64,000 bases of DNA from an uncultured Planctomycetaceae bacterium (lineage in GTDB: Bacteria > Planctomycetota > Planctomycetia > Isosphaerales > Isosphaeraceae): positions 320,001 to 384,000 of the forward strand of contig CAWIAD010000002.1 in the NCBI GenBank assembly GCA_963833985.1, in the 5' to 3' direction. Both the position numbers and the translations under genes were made by a program. Shown piece after piece: positions 22,081 through 32,783 of the stretch (its first letter is position 1; each line of letters begins with the position of its first letter). Under the pieces are notes generated by a model. It worked only from the letters and a program-made list of their open reading frames with translations. It did not search any database and was not told the origin of the DNA.

Positions 22081-24180
22081 ATGAGGCGACCCATCCCCGA
22101 GGGATCATGGGCGATCGTTGCCCTGATCCTGACTCTGACCCTGGGAATTGCACTGTTTCCGGCTGCGGCCGCGCCGCCGCGCAAGAAGAAGACCGAGGGA
22201 ACTCCGCCCAAGGTTCAGGAGACGGTGGGAGACCTGGCTTATGTGCTCCAGGGAAGCGAAATCAAGGTGCAGGGCATCGGGCTGGTGACCGGTCTGGAGA
22301 ACACCGGTGCCGACCCTCCGCCCTCGTGGGAACGCGGCCAGCTTGTCGACGAGATGAGCAAGGCGGGGGTCGAACACGCCAGCAAGCTGCTGGCGAACCC
22401 GCAGTTTTCCATGGTCATCGTCAAGATGACCATCCGCGCCGGTGCTGATCCGAAGGACCGCTTTGACGTCGAGGTCGAGGTTCCTCCGGCTTGCGGCACC
22501 AAGAGCCTGGCGGGAGGCTATCTGATGGCCACCCGCATGCGGGAAATCCTGGTCGCCGGCGGAGCCCCGCGATCCGGCACGGACATGGCTTACGCACAGG
22601 GGCCGGTCATGATCGGCAGTGCGAAGGACCCCAACGATCTGAAGGCCGGCCGAGTTCTCGGCGGTGGGCGAGTCAAGAAAGAATCGCCGTTCATGCTCAT
22701 CATCAAGGAGAACCGGCGCAGTATCCGGACCGCGGCCATACTGGAAGGCGTCGTCAACCAGCGCTTCCACCAGGCGGAGGCCGGTGAGCAGAAGGGGGTC
22801 TGCACCGCCAAGAACGACGGCTTTCTGGTGCTCCGCATTCCGCCGCGCTATCACCAGAACCAGGAGCGCTACTTCCGCGTGGTTCAGCTCTTGCCCATGG
22901 TGGACTCGCCCGCCCTCCGCGCCCAGCGGCTGGCCACCTGGAGCAAGGAGCTGCTTGACCCGAAAACCAGCGGAGTGGCCGCCTTGCGCCTGGAGGGCCT
23001 GGGTGTCTCGGCCAGCGAGGTCTTGCAGACCGCCCTCGCCAACCCCAACGGCCAGATCCGCTTCTTCGCCGCCGAGGCGCTGGCCTATCTCGACGACCCG
23101 GCCGGCGCGGAAGCCCTCACCGAGACCGCCATTCGACTGCCCAGGTTCCGCGCTTACGCACTGGCGGCCCTGGCGGCCATGGACCAGTCCGCCGCTCACA
23201 TGGCCCTGCGCAAGCTGATGAGCGAAGCCGACACAGAGCTTCGCTACGGCGCGTTCAACGCGCTGCGGACCGCCGACCCGCACGACCCCTCGCTGGGAAG
23301 GGTTCACGTCCTGGACGACCCGCCGGCTGACGAGGAGCAGGAACAGGATACGACCGACTCGATGGCTCTCGCGTTCGCCAAGGCGGCCCAGAAACCACGC
23401 GCTGACGACCCCTTCACGCTTTACGTGGTGGATTCCGACGGCCCTCCCCTGGTACACATCTCGCGCACCCGCCGCTCCGAGGTCGTGATCTTCGGCCGTT
23501 CCCAGAAGCTCATGCCGCCCATCGTCCTGGGCACAGGCGCCATTCTTCTGAACGCGGCCGACAAGGACGACGAGCTGGAGATCTGCAAGATCGTACCCAG
23601 CCGCTTCGGCGACTCCGACGTGAAGCTGCGGCTATCGCTGGACCTGCCCGAAGTCATTCGCCGCGTGGCTAACCTGGGTGCCACTTACCCTGAGACCGTC
23701 GCGATTCTCGAAGCCGCGAACCGCCAGAAGAACCTTCCGGGCCTGCTGGTGGTTGATGCCGTTCCCGAGGCGAGCATGGATTACTTGCAGGCGGCCATCC
23801 TGGGCAAGGATCCGTCCAAGCCCGATCCTGCCGCGCATCGTACCGCCTCGGGGGGGTTCTCCCGGATACGCAGACTCTTCGGGATGCGCGACTCAGACCT
23901 CGCAGATAGCCCAGCCAGCAAATCCAGCAGCCTCAAAGACGCTTCGCCATCGGCGACCGCGGAGACAACCGCCGGCAAGCTTGCACAGAGCGCGAGCCCG
24001 GAGAACCCGGGCGCGACCACGACTCCCGTCAAGGTCGCCGACGGCGGCACAGACCCGCGCGACACGACCCGGTCCGCTCCCAAGAAAGATGACAGCCTTC
24101 AGCGAGCCAGCGGCGAGGAGCCCGGCGAGCCTCCTGCAAGGCCGCGCCTGCTGGACTGGCTTCGACGACGCTTCGAGTGA
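22081..24180 (+). CDS. FlgI (flagellar P-ring)-like secreted protein with HEAT repeats
   Basis: Signal peptide; VQGIGLVTGLENTG and KSLAGGYLMAT FlgI-like motifs; RFFAAEALAYL HEAT-like repeats; low-complexity tail. Confidence 0.75.
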   Translation: MRRPIPEGSWAIVALILTLTLGIALFPAAAAPPRKKKTEGTPPKVQETVGDLAYVLQGSEIKVQGIGLVTGLENTGADPPPSWERGQLVDEMSKAGVEHASKLLANPQFSMVIVKMTIRAGADPKDRFDVEVEVPPACGTKSLAGGYLMATRMREILVAGGAPRSGTDMAYAQGPVMIGSAKDPNDLKAGRVLGGGRVKKESPFMLIIKENRRSIRTAAILEGVVNQRFHQAEAGEQKGVCTAKNDGFLVLRIPPRYHQNQERYFRVVQLLPMVDSPALRAQRLATWSKELLDPKTSGVAALRLEGLGVSASEVLQTALANPNGQIRFFAAEALAYLDDPAGAEALTETAIRLPRFRAYALAALAAMDQSAAHMALRKLMSEADTELRYGAFNALRTADPHDPSLGRVHVLDDPPADEEQEQDTTDSMALAFAKAAQKPRADDPFTLYVVDSDGPPLVHISRTRRSEVVIFGRSQKLMPPIVLGTGAILLNAADKDDELEICKIVPSRFGDSDVKLRLSLDLPEVIRRVANLGATYPETVAILEAANRQKNLPGLLVVDAVPEASMDYLQAAILGKDPSKPDPAAHRTASGGFSRIRRLFGMRDSDLADSPASKSSSLKDASPSATAETTAGKLAQSASPENPGATTTPVKVADGGTDPRDTTRSAPKKDDSLQRASGEEPGEPPARPRLLDWLRRRFE

Positions 24181-24857
24181 GCGCGTCCTCCATGTCTCCT
24201 TCCTGAGGCTGCCATGCGGACGTACATCGCAAGTTCCACAACGGCTCAGTCTTTCGCACTTCCCGCCTCGAATCCTATTATAGAAATTGGTCCGGCTTAT
24301 TTTTTCTCAAACTGACGCAAGTCTATTTCTCAGCTAGACTTCTACAACCCTTGCATCCCCCAGGAGAGGCTCCGGCGGATGAACTACTCCTGACCCCTCC
24401 TAAAGTCGCACGCCGTGCGGTTCGAATATTAGTCGTGACGGTCAGGTCCGCTACTGTGAAGGGTGACAGCCACCCCTCACGCGGCACGGTCCCGACCGCT
24501 TCCCGTGCTGACTGGGGCGGGAAGATCTTCCGTCCTTGATTCGGAGGGAGTCGAGTTCCCCATCCGTCACTCAACGCGCCGGCGCAGGCGACGTTCGGTC
24601 CTGAGCGGAGAGAAGTCACTGGTGCTTCGCTCGCTTCGGCAGAGCAACGCTTGCTCCGGGGTAGGAATAAAGGACGGGGGAGGGTCGGGGCGTCTCGCAC
24701 GATTGCCGTCTCTGCGGTGGCTCAACGACGCCTTTGGCGGCATGAGCCGGAACAAACCGCCGGGTCGGAGCTGTCACCGCGCCGACATCGTTCCTAACCG
24801 GAGGGAGGAGGAAACCTCCGTGGTCTCGCACCAAACTGGGCGAGTGGAGTCCTCGAG

Positions 24858-25433
24858 ATGAAGAAAGTATTCACAACTGGCCAGGTCGCGAAAATCTGTA
24901 AGGTCGCGCCCCGGACCGTGAGCAAGTGGTTCGATTCGGGTCGCTTGCGTGGTTATCGAATCCCCGGTTCCCAAGATCGGCGCATTCCGCGGGAACACCT
25001 CCTGCGGTTCCTCAAGGAGCATGGAATGCCCTTGGGCGATCTCGAGGCCGAGGTTTACAATAAAATCCTTGTCGTGGGAGCGGACGCTCCGCTCCAGGCC
25101 GTACTCCGGGAGCATCTCCGCGAGAGTGATGACTTCCGGATCGAGACCGCCGCGTCGGGGTTCGAAGCTGGCATCCGTGCCGAGAGCTTCCATCCCGACT
25201 GCATCATCATCGATATGGCCCTGGGTCGTATCGAGGCAGGCCAGATCGCACAGAACCTGCGCAAGAGCCCGGACCATCTGGGCACCATTCTCCTGGCGCT
25301 CACCAGCGACGAGCCCGGCGAGGAGACCTTTTCACTCGGCTTCAACGACGGGTTCAAGAAGCCGTTTGACGGGGCGCTCCTGGCCGAACGCGTTCGCCGA
25401 CTGATCTCCCAGAAGAAGGCTGAAGAGCCCTGA
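24858..25433 (+). CDS. Excisionase-like HTH + receiver-domain regulator
   Basis: FTTGQVAKICKVAPRTVSKWFDSGRL HTH; PDCIIID..KPFD receiver. Confidence 0.85.
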   Translation: MKKVFTTGQVAKICKVAPRTVSKWFDSGRLRGYRIPGSQDRRIPREHLLRFLKEHGMPLGDLEAEVYNKILVVGADAPLQAVLREHLRESDDFRIETAASGFEAGIRAESFHPDCIIIDMALGRIEAGQIAQNLRKSPDHLGTILLALTSDEPGEETFSLGFNDGFKKPFDGALLAERVRRLISQKKAEEP

Positions 25434-25688
25434 TCTCGATGATGAGGCGGCGATCTACCCGAGGACCCGACGCCCCACTCTCCGGAACTCCTTACGGATC
25501 TTCGAGCTCGAGCCTTCCCCTGGTTCCCGGCCAGGAGGATCTCGGGCTCGTTGGTTTTTCTGACGGCATGCTGCGGCGTGCCCGACGCTGCGGACTTGAT
25601 TCTGCGCTGGCTCTCCGTTCATCCTGGGTTCCTGTGCTGATCCCACCGCCCTGGGATCTCCGCGAGAACACAGGCCCGGAGTACGAGC

Positions 25689-27368
25689 ATGACGGCGATC
25701 ACCGGGACGAGTCGATTCGCCGGCCGGCTGGCGGCGCTGTCCCATCGGCAGACTGGCGCTCTGGCGGCGACGCTCGCCGCACTGGCCGTCCTGCTGACGT
25801 TGCGTGATCCCGGCTTGACCATTGACGAGCCCCTCGATGTGCGGCCCGGCCGGACCTATGTGGCCGCGCTCTGGGCGGAGGGCTGGCGGTTCTTCGACCG
25901 CGGGGTCGTGGAGCGGGTGTTCCGGGACAATGCCGAACATCCGCCGCTGGGGCGATGGCTCCTGGGACTGGCCTCAACCCTGGGCCAGCCGTTTCAGATC
26001 ATGTTCTTTGGCGCTGATCCCACCGGCCTCTACGTGCTGGCGGGACGAATGGCCCCCGCGCTCGCCTTTGCCCTGCTGGTCGGCGTGGTGACCGCGGATT
26101 CAAGCCGGCGCTGGGGACGAGCTTCCGGGTTCTCAGCCGGCCTCGCGCTTTTGTTCATGCCCAGGGTCTTCGCCCATGCCCACCTGGCGGCGCTCGATAC
26201 GTTCATCAGCCTGTTCTGGACCATGGCCCTGCTCGCGGGAGCCAGGGCGATGGAGCCCACTGCCACACCGTGGGGAGGATTGCGGTCCGGCCTGCTCTGG
26301 TCGCTGGCGCTCTTGACCAAGATTCACGCCTGGCTGCTCTTGCCGGTTATGGTGGTCTGGACGCTCTCGCGACACCCCTGGCGTTCCGCCTGCCGGAGGC
26401 TGATTTGCTGGGGTGTGACCGGGCTGGTCTTTTTTTTCGCCGGGTGGCCATGGCTCTGGTACGACACCTGGTCGCACTGGAAAGGCTACCTCGGCACGTC
26501 GGTCCACCGCGCGACGATCCTGGTCGAGTATTTCGGCCGGACCTTCGCGGACCAGGACGTACCCTGGCATTATCCCTGGTTCTACTTCGCGGTCACGGTC
26601 CCGGTGGGCTTACAGGTGCTGGGCGCTTACGGTCTGCTCGCCGCCTGGCGATCGCGCCGGAGTGATCCGATGCCGTTGCTGCTGGCGGGGTCGATCCTCC
26701 TGTTCCTGTGCCTCTTCAGCACCCGCGTTCCCGTCTATGACGGCGAACGGCTGTTCCTGCATGTCTTTCCTGCCTGGGCCATGCTGATCGGCCTGGGCTT
26801 TGGAAGGATCTGGAACAACGGGATCTCCTATCGCATCGGGCCTCCTGTGCTTGCGCTGCTCTTGCTCTCTCAATGCTATGGCACCCTGACCCTGCACCCG
26901 TTCGGCCTGAGCTACTACAATGCTCTCACGGGCGGTTTGCGCGGAGCCGAAAAGCTGGGACTGGAACTGACCTACTGGGGCGATGCCGTCGACCACGTGC
27001 TGCTCGATCGCCTCTCGGCCGAGATTCAACCCGGCAGCACCGCGGCTCTTGCTCCAAGCCTGTACAGCGGACAGGGAATTCTCACGACCACCGCCCGGCT
27101 TGCCCGGCGCGGCGTGGTCCTCCAGGACCAGGAACAGGCCATGACGTCCGAATGGGTGATCGTCTACCGGCGCGAGGCCTACTGGCAGCCCGCGCTCAGG
27201 CGTCTGTTCGAGAGCGGACAGGGACGCCCCGTCTTCCTGCGAACCCGCCAGGGCGTCTGGCTGTCGTCGATCTGGCATTTTCCGCGCGCACCCGCAGGTG
27301 GCGGGCTCCCGCGGGACGCTGAGAATCACCCTCCTGCGGATCTGCGCCGTGCGCAACGTTGCCGTTAA
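25689..27368 (+). CDS. Membrane GT-C glycosyltransferase (PMT/ArnT-like)
   Basis: TIDEP, EHPPL, ALLTK and many TM helices. Confidence 0.8.
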   Translation: MTAITGTSRFAGRLAALSHRQTGALAATLAALAVLLTLRDPGLTIDEPLDVRPGRTYVAALWAEGWRFFDRGVVERVFRDNAEHPPLGRWLLGLASTLGQPFQIMFFGADPTGLYVLAGRMAPALAFALLVGVVTADSSRRWGRASGFSAGLALLFMPRVFAHAHLAALDTFISLFWTMALLAGARAMEPTATPWGGLRSGLLWSLALLTKIHAWLLLPVMVVWTLSRHPWRSACRRLICWGVTGLVFFFAGWPWLWYDTWSHWKGYLGTSVHRATILVEYFGRTFADQDVPWHYPWFYFAVTVPVGLQVLGAYGLLAAWRSRRSDPMPLLLAGSILLFLCLFSTRVPVYDGERLFLHVFPAWAMLIGLGFGRIWNNGISYRIGPPVLALLLLSQCYGTLTLHPFGLSYYNALTGGLRGAEKLGLELTYWGDAVDHVLLDRLSAEIQPGSTAALAPSLYSGQGILTTTARLARRGVVLQDQEQAMTSEWVIVYRREAYWQPALRRLFESGQGRPVFLRTRQGVWLSSIWHFPRAPAGGGLPRDAENHPPADLRRAQRCR

Positions 27369-27479
27369 GCCCGGGATCCCTGACCATGTTCGAGCGAAAC
27401 CAGGAAAGCCCACTAGCCGCGGCGCGGACAATTCGTAGAATACGTTCAGAATGAATTGAACGAAAACTGGGGCACGGTC

Positions 27480-28007
27480 ATGGACGCACTGACACACTTT
27501 GACGAGGCCGGTGCCAGCCGCATGGTCGATGTCTCCGCGAAGCCGTCCACCTTGCGCCTGGCGCGTGCCAGCGGGCAAGTTCAGATGCGTCCGGCGACAC
27601 TCGAGCTGATCCGGGACCGCCGCCTGTCCAAGGGCGACGTCCTGGAAGTGGCCCGGCTGGCAGGTATCATGGCGGCCAAGCGCACCGGAGATCTCATTCC
27701 CCTCTGCCACCCGTTGGGGTTGGACAGCATCGAGCTGGAGATTCGTGCGGCCGCCGTCGACGCCATCGCGATCGAGGCCACCGTGAGAGTCCAGGGCCGT
27801 ACGGGCGTGGAGATGGAAGCGTTGACGGCGGTGAGTGTTGCGGCACTTACTATCTATGATATGTGCAAGGCCGTCGATCAGACCATGGTGATCAGCCGGA
27901 TCCAGCTCGAGGAAAAGAGCGGCGGGCGGAGGGGGCACTTTCTACGCCAGTCCGTTACTGAAGGCGACCCGATCCGGGCGCCCGGCAACAGCGAGCAGCA
28001 CCGTTGA
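27480..28007 (+). CDS. moaC: Cyclic pyranopterin monophosphate synthase
   Basis: [36 protein letters not shown]. Confidence 0.97.
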   Translation: MDALTHFDEAGASRMVDVSAKPSTLRLARASGQVQMRPATLELIRDRRLSKGDVLEVARLAGIMAAKRTGDLIPLCHPLGLDSIELEIRAAAVDAIAIEATVRVQGRTGVEMEALTAVSVAALTIYDMCKAVDQTMVISRIQLEEKSGGRRGHFLRQSVTEGDPIRAPGNSEQHR

Positions 28008-28066
28008 TCCCGATCCAGGCGCTCAAGCATAACCAAGGCGATCCCGAAACCCGATTGGAGCGCCGC

Positions 28067-29074
28067 ATGGCCAATCGTCCTGTGCTCGAATTCGAAACCA
28101 CCAGGCGCACCCTCACGGACCTGTTCCAGCCGATCCGCTCCGAGCTCGCGGAAGCGGAGCGGATCTTCCAGCACGAGCTGCGCAGCCGGTTTGCATTCGT
28201 GCAACATCTCGTTGACCATTGCGGAGACTATCAAGGTAAACGTCTGCGTCCCGCGCTGCTCCTGCTCTCGGCCCGGGCCTGCGGCTCGATCACCGAGGCG
28301 CATCCGATACTGGCCGCTGTGGTGGAGATGATCCACACGGCGACCCTGGTTCATGACGATGTCCTTGACGAGTCCGTGATCCGTCGCCACGCCGCCACGG
28401 TCAATGCCGAATGGGGGAACGAGACGGCGGTATTGCTGGGAGACTACCTGTTCACGCATGCGTTCCACCTTGCTGCGTCGCTCGATTCCACGCTGGCCTG
28501 CCGCTGGATCGGCCGCGCGACAAATTCGGTCTGCGAGGGCGAGATGCAACAGATCCACGAGCGCGGCAACCTCGACCTGGACGAGCGCTCGTACTTCTCG
28601 ATCATCGAGGGAAAGACCGCCGAGCTGACCGCGGTCTCCTGCCGCCTGGGGGCCCATTACGCGGGTGCCGACGAGGCGACCACCATGTCTCTGGATCGCT
28701 ATGGCCGCAACCTGGGCATCGCCTTTCAGATCGCTGACGACATCCTGGACATCTGGGGTGAAGAGCGGTTGACCGGCAAGAGCCTTGGCACGGACCTCGA
28801 GAAGCAAAAGCTGACTCTGCCTGTGATTCACCTGCTGGAGAGCGTTGATCCCGCAACCGGCGCGAGCGTCCGCCGCATGCTGGATGAGGGAAGAGCGGAG
28901 TGCCGCAAGCAATTGATTCCCTTGCTTGAAAGAACGGGCACGCTCGAGTATTGCTGGCAACGCGCCGGCTGGCACGTCAAGGAAGCGGTCGACGCGCTGG
29001 AAGGCCTGAAGGAGTCGGAATCGAAGGCAGTGCTTCGCATACTGGCCAGTTACACGGTCCGGCGAAACTCCTGA
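28067..29074 (+). CDS. Long-chain polyprenyl diphosphate synthase
   Basis: GKRLRP, FARM HDDVLD..RR, GKTA, SARM FQIADDILD. Confidence 0.93.
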   Translation: MANRPVLEFETTRRTLTDLFQPIRSELAEAERIFQHELRSRFAFVQHLVDHCGDYQGKRLRPALLLLSARACGSITEAHPILAAVVEMIHTATLVHDDVLDESVIRRHAATVNAEWGNETAVLLGDYLFTHAFHLAASLDSTLACRWIGRATNSVCEGEMQQIHERGNLDLDERSYFSIIEGKTAELTAVSCRLGAHYAGADEATTMSLDRYGRNLGIAFQIADDILDIWGEERLTGKSLGTDLEKQKLTLPVIHLLESVDPATGASVRRMLDEGRAECRKQLIPLLERTGTLEYCWQRAGWHVKEAVDALEGLKESESKAVLRILASYTVRRNS

Positions 29075-29492
29075 CCGCGTCCTCGTCTGCGTCCGACCGT
29101 TCGCGGGTAGCCCGTCTCGATCACCCACGCGGTTCAATCCGCAGCTTCATGTGGGAACACCCAGAACACTCGATTCCAGCAAGCCGTGATCGGCGCTTTT
29201 TTTCTTCAGAAAGTCGTGCGCCGGACACGTTTTGAATTGCATCCTCTGTGTTCTCGGTTATGATAAACGCGCCTCCCGGAAAGGCCCGGAGGCAGACGGC
29301 GTCTCCGGTCCATCCCTCTCGTGGCGATCCATCCGCCAGCGATGGTCGGGAGATGCAAGAGGCTGTTCCAACCCGCCGCATGACCTCGTCCCGGCACCTC
29401 GCTGTCGCCCGGGTGAATGCCGTGATTTGAAGAAACGCAACCCGACGCATCCGCAACCCTCAAACGGCTGAAAGAAACTTGCAAGGTTGAAA

Positions 29493-29536
29493 AGAATCGG
29501 ATTCCCCGTATCCGGGACGGATTCTATAATCAAATC
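29493..29536 (+). promoter_or_regulatory. -10 box 6 nt before the ATG (likely leaderless) overlapped by an imperfect palindrome (candidate operator)
   Basis: TATAAT at 29525-29530, ATG at 29537, no SD; agaatc..tccc..ggga..gattct dyad. Confidence 0.55.
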
Positions 29537-29995
29537 ATGGAACTCAAGCTGAAGCTGAAGCACCTGATGAGTCGCAAGGGCCTGAACGGGCAGAAGCTTG
29601 CTCGCCTCTCCCAGGTCAGCGACTCGGAGATCTCGCGGATTCTCCAGGGGAAATCGCGACCCGGCCTGGATAACGCGCTGCGCCTGGCGCACGCCCTGGG
29701 CGTGTCGCTCGACTATCTTGCCGATGACGCGCTCGACTCCGAACCGCCCGAGCCGGCCGACTCGCTCTCGACCGACGAACGCAAGATCTTGACCATGACT
29801 CACAAGATCGGCTGTCCCGAGGTGGCGATCGTGCTGGAAAACCTGCGCTTCCTGGGTTACGAGGTCGCCATGAGCCGTCTCGTGGGGGCCAAGCCGGTCA
29901 TCGAGATCGAGAAGGAATCGCCCGAGCACCGTCCTCCGCTCTCGGCACAGGGAGCTCCGGTCATGGCAGCACGCAGCAACTCGGTACCCGCTTGA
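29537..29995 (+). CDS. XRE-family HTH transcriptional regulator
   Basis: LARLSQVSDSEISRILQGKSRP..LAHALGVSLDYL. Confidence 0.9.
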   Translation: MELKLKLKHLMSRKGLNGQKLARLSQVSDSEISRILQGKSRPGLDNALRLAHALGVSLDYLADDALDSEPPEPADSLSTDERKILTMTHKIGCPEVAIVLENLRFLGYEVAMSRLVGAKPVIEIEKESPEHRPPLSAQGAPVMAARSNSVPA

Positions 29996-30034
29996 GGCAT
30001 TGCACAAGTCAGCCTTCGAAGTGCGCAAGGACGG

Positions 30035-31489
30035 CTAGAATTGCTTGCGCTGACGGCTCGATGGGATGTTCAGTGCCTGGCGGTACTTGGTGACGGTGCG
30101 ACGGGCAACCTTGAGCCCCTGCCGCCCCATCTCATCGACGATCTCCTCGTCGGACAGCGGGTTCTGCTTGTCTTCCTTGGCGATGATTTCCAGCAGTTTC
30201 TGCTTGATCGTATCCCAGGCGATCTCCTCGCCGTCAGCCGTCATCGTACCGCCGCCGAAGAAGCGCTTCAGGGGAAAGATGCCCCGCGGAGTCTGGACCC
30301 ATTTGTCATCGACCGCCCGGCTCACGGTCGTGACATGCACGCCCACCCGGTCGGCAATCTGCTGCATCTTCAGCGGCTCGATGAATTCAGGGCCCTTGTC
30401 CAGGAAGACCCTCTGGTGATCGATGATCGCCCTGGCCACCTTCAGCAGCGTATTCCTTCGCTGCTCGATCGATTCAATCAGCCAGCGGGCGGACTGGATC
30501 CGCTTCTGGATGAACTCGCGCGCGGCCGGGTCGGTCTGCTTGTTGCGAAGCTGCTTCTGGTAATAGCGCGAGATCGACAGGTGCGGGGTGTGCTCGTCGA
30601 CCAGCCGCACACTATAGGAACCGTCCTCGGTGGGCTCGACGATCAGATCTGGAACCACATACTGGGTGCCGCTATCGGGTGAGTGTGACGCTCCCGGTTT
30701 GGGGTTGAGCCGGCGCAGGTGTTCGAGCGCCTCCTTGATGGTCTCGATCGGATATCCCGTTTTCTTCTCGATGGCCGGCAGCCGGTTGTGCTGAAGGTCA
30801 TCCAGATGCTGGCTGATCAGGGTCCGGAGCACGTCATGGCTCGGAGTCTCGGGAGTGAGCTGCAAGAGCAGGCACTCTCGCAGGTCACGCGCACCAACGC
30901 CGGGGGGATCCAGCCGCTGAACCAGCCTGAGCGCTTCTTCCGCATCTTGCACGCTGGCCCCGCCGTCGAAGTCGCGGACCACGTCGTGCAGGCTCAGTTT
31001 CAAATATCCATTATCATCCAGGTTGTAGATGATGTATTCGGCCAGTTTCTGAATCGCCAGGTCGCAGTCGAAGAATCCGAGTTGCTCGGTCAGGTCGTCA
31101 TGGAACGATCGAGGACGCGATGCCATGTTCTGCATGGCATCTTGCTTGCGGTCGCCCTCCTCACTGAGCGAGGCGCGGCTCCGGCGTGGTCCCTCGTCGT
31201 AGAGCTCGCTCCAGTTTTCATCCAGCCCGATCAAGCTGTCGAATTCATCGGGCTCGGACTCGGTCTCTGGCTCGGTGGTCGCGGTGGCTCCCGGCTCGTC
31301 GCTTTCCGTTTCGGAAGCAGGGGTGGAATCGCGCACGTCCACCAGGACCGGGTTCTCACTGAGTTCTTGCTCGATACGCTCCTGCAACGCCATGATCGGC
31401 AATTGCAGGATCTCCATGGACTGGATCATGCGGGGCGCCATCCGCAGGCGCATCTCGGTCCGCATTTGCTGGGAGGTATCAAGACGCAT
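30035..31489 (-). CDS. rpoN: RNA polymerase sigma-54 factor
   Basis: Q/L-rich region I, PPGVGARDLRECL, RpoN box ARRTVTKYR. Confidence 0.97.
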   Translation of the reverse strand: MRLDTSQQMRTEMRLRMAPRMIQSMEILQLPIMALQERIEQELSENPVLVDVRDSTPASETESDEPGATATTEPETESEPDEFDSLIGLDENWSELYDEGPRRSRASLSEEGDRKQDAMQNMASRPRSFHDDLTEQLGFFDCDLAIQKLAEYIIYNLDDNGYLKLSLHDVVRDFDGGASVQDAEEALRLVQRLDPPGVGARDLRECLLLQLTPETPSHDVLRTLISQHLDDLQHNRLPAIEKKTGYPIETIKEALEHLRRLNPKPGASHSPDSGTQYVVPDLIVEPTEDGSYSVRLVDEHTPHLSISRYYQKQLRNKQTDPAAREFIQKRIQSARWLIESIEQRRNTLLKVARAIIDHQRVFLDKGPEFIEPLKMQQIADRVGVHVTTVSRAVDDKWVQTPRGIFPLKRFFGGGTMTADGEEIAWDTIKQKLLEIIAKEDKQNPLSDEEIVDEMGRQGLKVARRTVTKYRQALNIPSSRQRKQF

Positions 31490-31701
31490 CAGCTTCCCCA
31501 GTTCCGTCGTTTGGCGGAAAAGCAATCGGGGCCCGGAAGACTCCAGCCCCCGGTCGCCAGCAACGTTTCCTTAGCAATTATTATGCCACAATATCCGCGG
31601 GATCAAGGGAAATGTGCTGACGAAGGCCAAAAAGGCCTCAATCGGGGCGGGCGGCCGGATCGAACCGGTCTCAGGGAGCGCGTTGAGGGGCGCGGGCCGC
31701 T

Positions 31702-32307
31702 TCAGAAAGGCTGGCGACCAGCGAGAGCGTCGGCCAGCATGTCGCGGCTGGCGAATTCCAGCGTGCTGCCGGAGGCGAGCCCGCGAGCCAGCCGGGTCAT
31801 TGGCACCGGGCAACTGGCCAGCCGCTTGGCGATATAGAGCGCGGTGCCGTCGCCTTCGAGGGTTGGGTTGGTGGCCATGATGAGCTCGCGCACCGAGCCG
31901 GAGCGTACCCGCGCTTCCAGGGCGTCCGCGGTGAGCTGGTCCGGGCCCATGCCCTGAAGGGGAGCCAGCTTGCCGAGCAAAACATGGTAAACGCCCTGGT
32001 AGCTGCCCGCCTTCTCCATGGCCAGCAGATCGCGCGACTGCTCCACCACACATATCAGCCCCTGGTCACGCCGCGGATCGCGGCAAATGGCACACACGGG
32101 CTGTTCGGCTTCCGTGAGATGGAAGCAGACCTCGCAATGGCGGATCTGCTGCCGGGCCGCGCTCACTGCTTCGGCGAGTTCGAGTGCTTCCTCGGGCGGA
32201 CACCTCAGGAGGTGATGCGCGAGGCGTTCGGCCGACTTGGCCCCGATACCGGGCAGCCGGCCGAGCGCCGTGGTGAGCCTGTCCACTGCCGCGGCCACGC
32301 CCTGCAT
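31702..32307 (-). CDS. recR: Recombination mediator RecR
   Basis: LPGIGAKSAERLA HhH, C4 zinc finger, ICVVE, ATNPTLEG. Confidence 0.96.
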   Translation of the reverse strand: MQGVAAAVDRLTTALGRLPGIGAKSAERLAHHLLRCPPEEALELAEAVSAARQQIRHCEVCFHLTEAEQPVCAICRDPRRDQGLICVVEQSRDLLAMEKAGSYQGVYHVLLGKLAPLQGMGPDQLTADALEARVRSGSVRELIMATNPTLEGDGTALYIAKRLASCPVPMTRLARGLASGSTLEFASRDMLADALAGRQPF

Positions 32308-32309
32308 GG

Positions 32310-32668
32310 TCAGGCTCCTCCGGCGGGCGCCCGGAATCGGCGCCCCCCAGCGGAAAGCCCAGGGGCAAGCCGCCTGCCAGCGATGCCAGCGACTGTGCCG
32401 CGGTGTCGTGCGCCTTCGTGAGGCCGGCATTGACAGCCGCGGTGACCAGGTCCTCCAGCAGCTCCGTGTCGCCATCAGCCACCAGCTTGGGGTCGATGCG
32501 GATCGACACGACTTCCAGCCGTCCGTTGATCTTGGCCGTGACGGAACCACCGCCCGCCGAGCCTTCCACCTGGAGCTGCCCGAGCGCCTCGGTCGCCTTG
32601 GCGACGGACTCGCGCAGCTTGCCCGCGTTCTTCATCAGTTCGGCGATGTTTCCCAGTTGATTGAACAC
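32310..32668 (-). CDS. ybaB: YbaB/EbfC nucleoid-associated protein; expected stop shifted out of frame near the 3' end
   Basis: VEGSAGGGSV..IDP..LEDLVTAAVN; canonical position between dnaX and recR; TGA at 32310-32312 is one frame off. Confidence 0.88.
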
Positions 32669-32783
32669 CTGAAGCCTTCTTCCGTTGCAGTGGGGCAAGG
32701 GGACGCCGATCGTTCACGGTCGGCGCATCCGGTCAATCGCAGGGGCGCTCGACCGGCGGTTGCCGCGGGAGGGCATGGCCCGT

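Noticed and set aside
24858..29995. Prophage suggested by the excisionase-like HTH and XRE genes
   Set aside because: Both are embedded among housekeeping genes; no integrase or structural genes.
32066..32698. Extended YbaB or a YbaB-RecR fusion
   Set aside because: Best explained by an indel near a G-run; a TGA sits just before the recR ATG.
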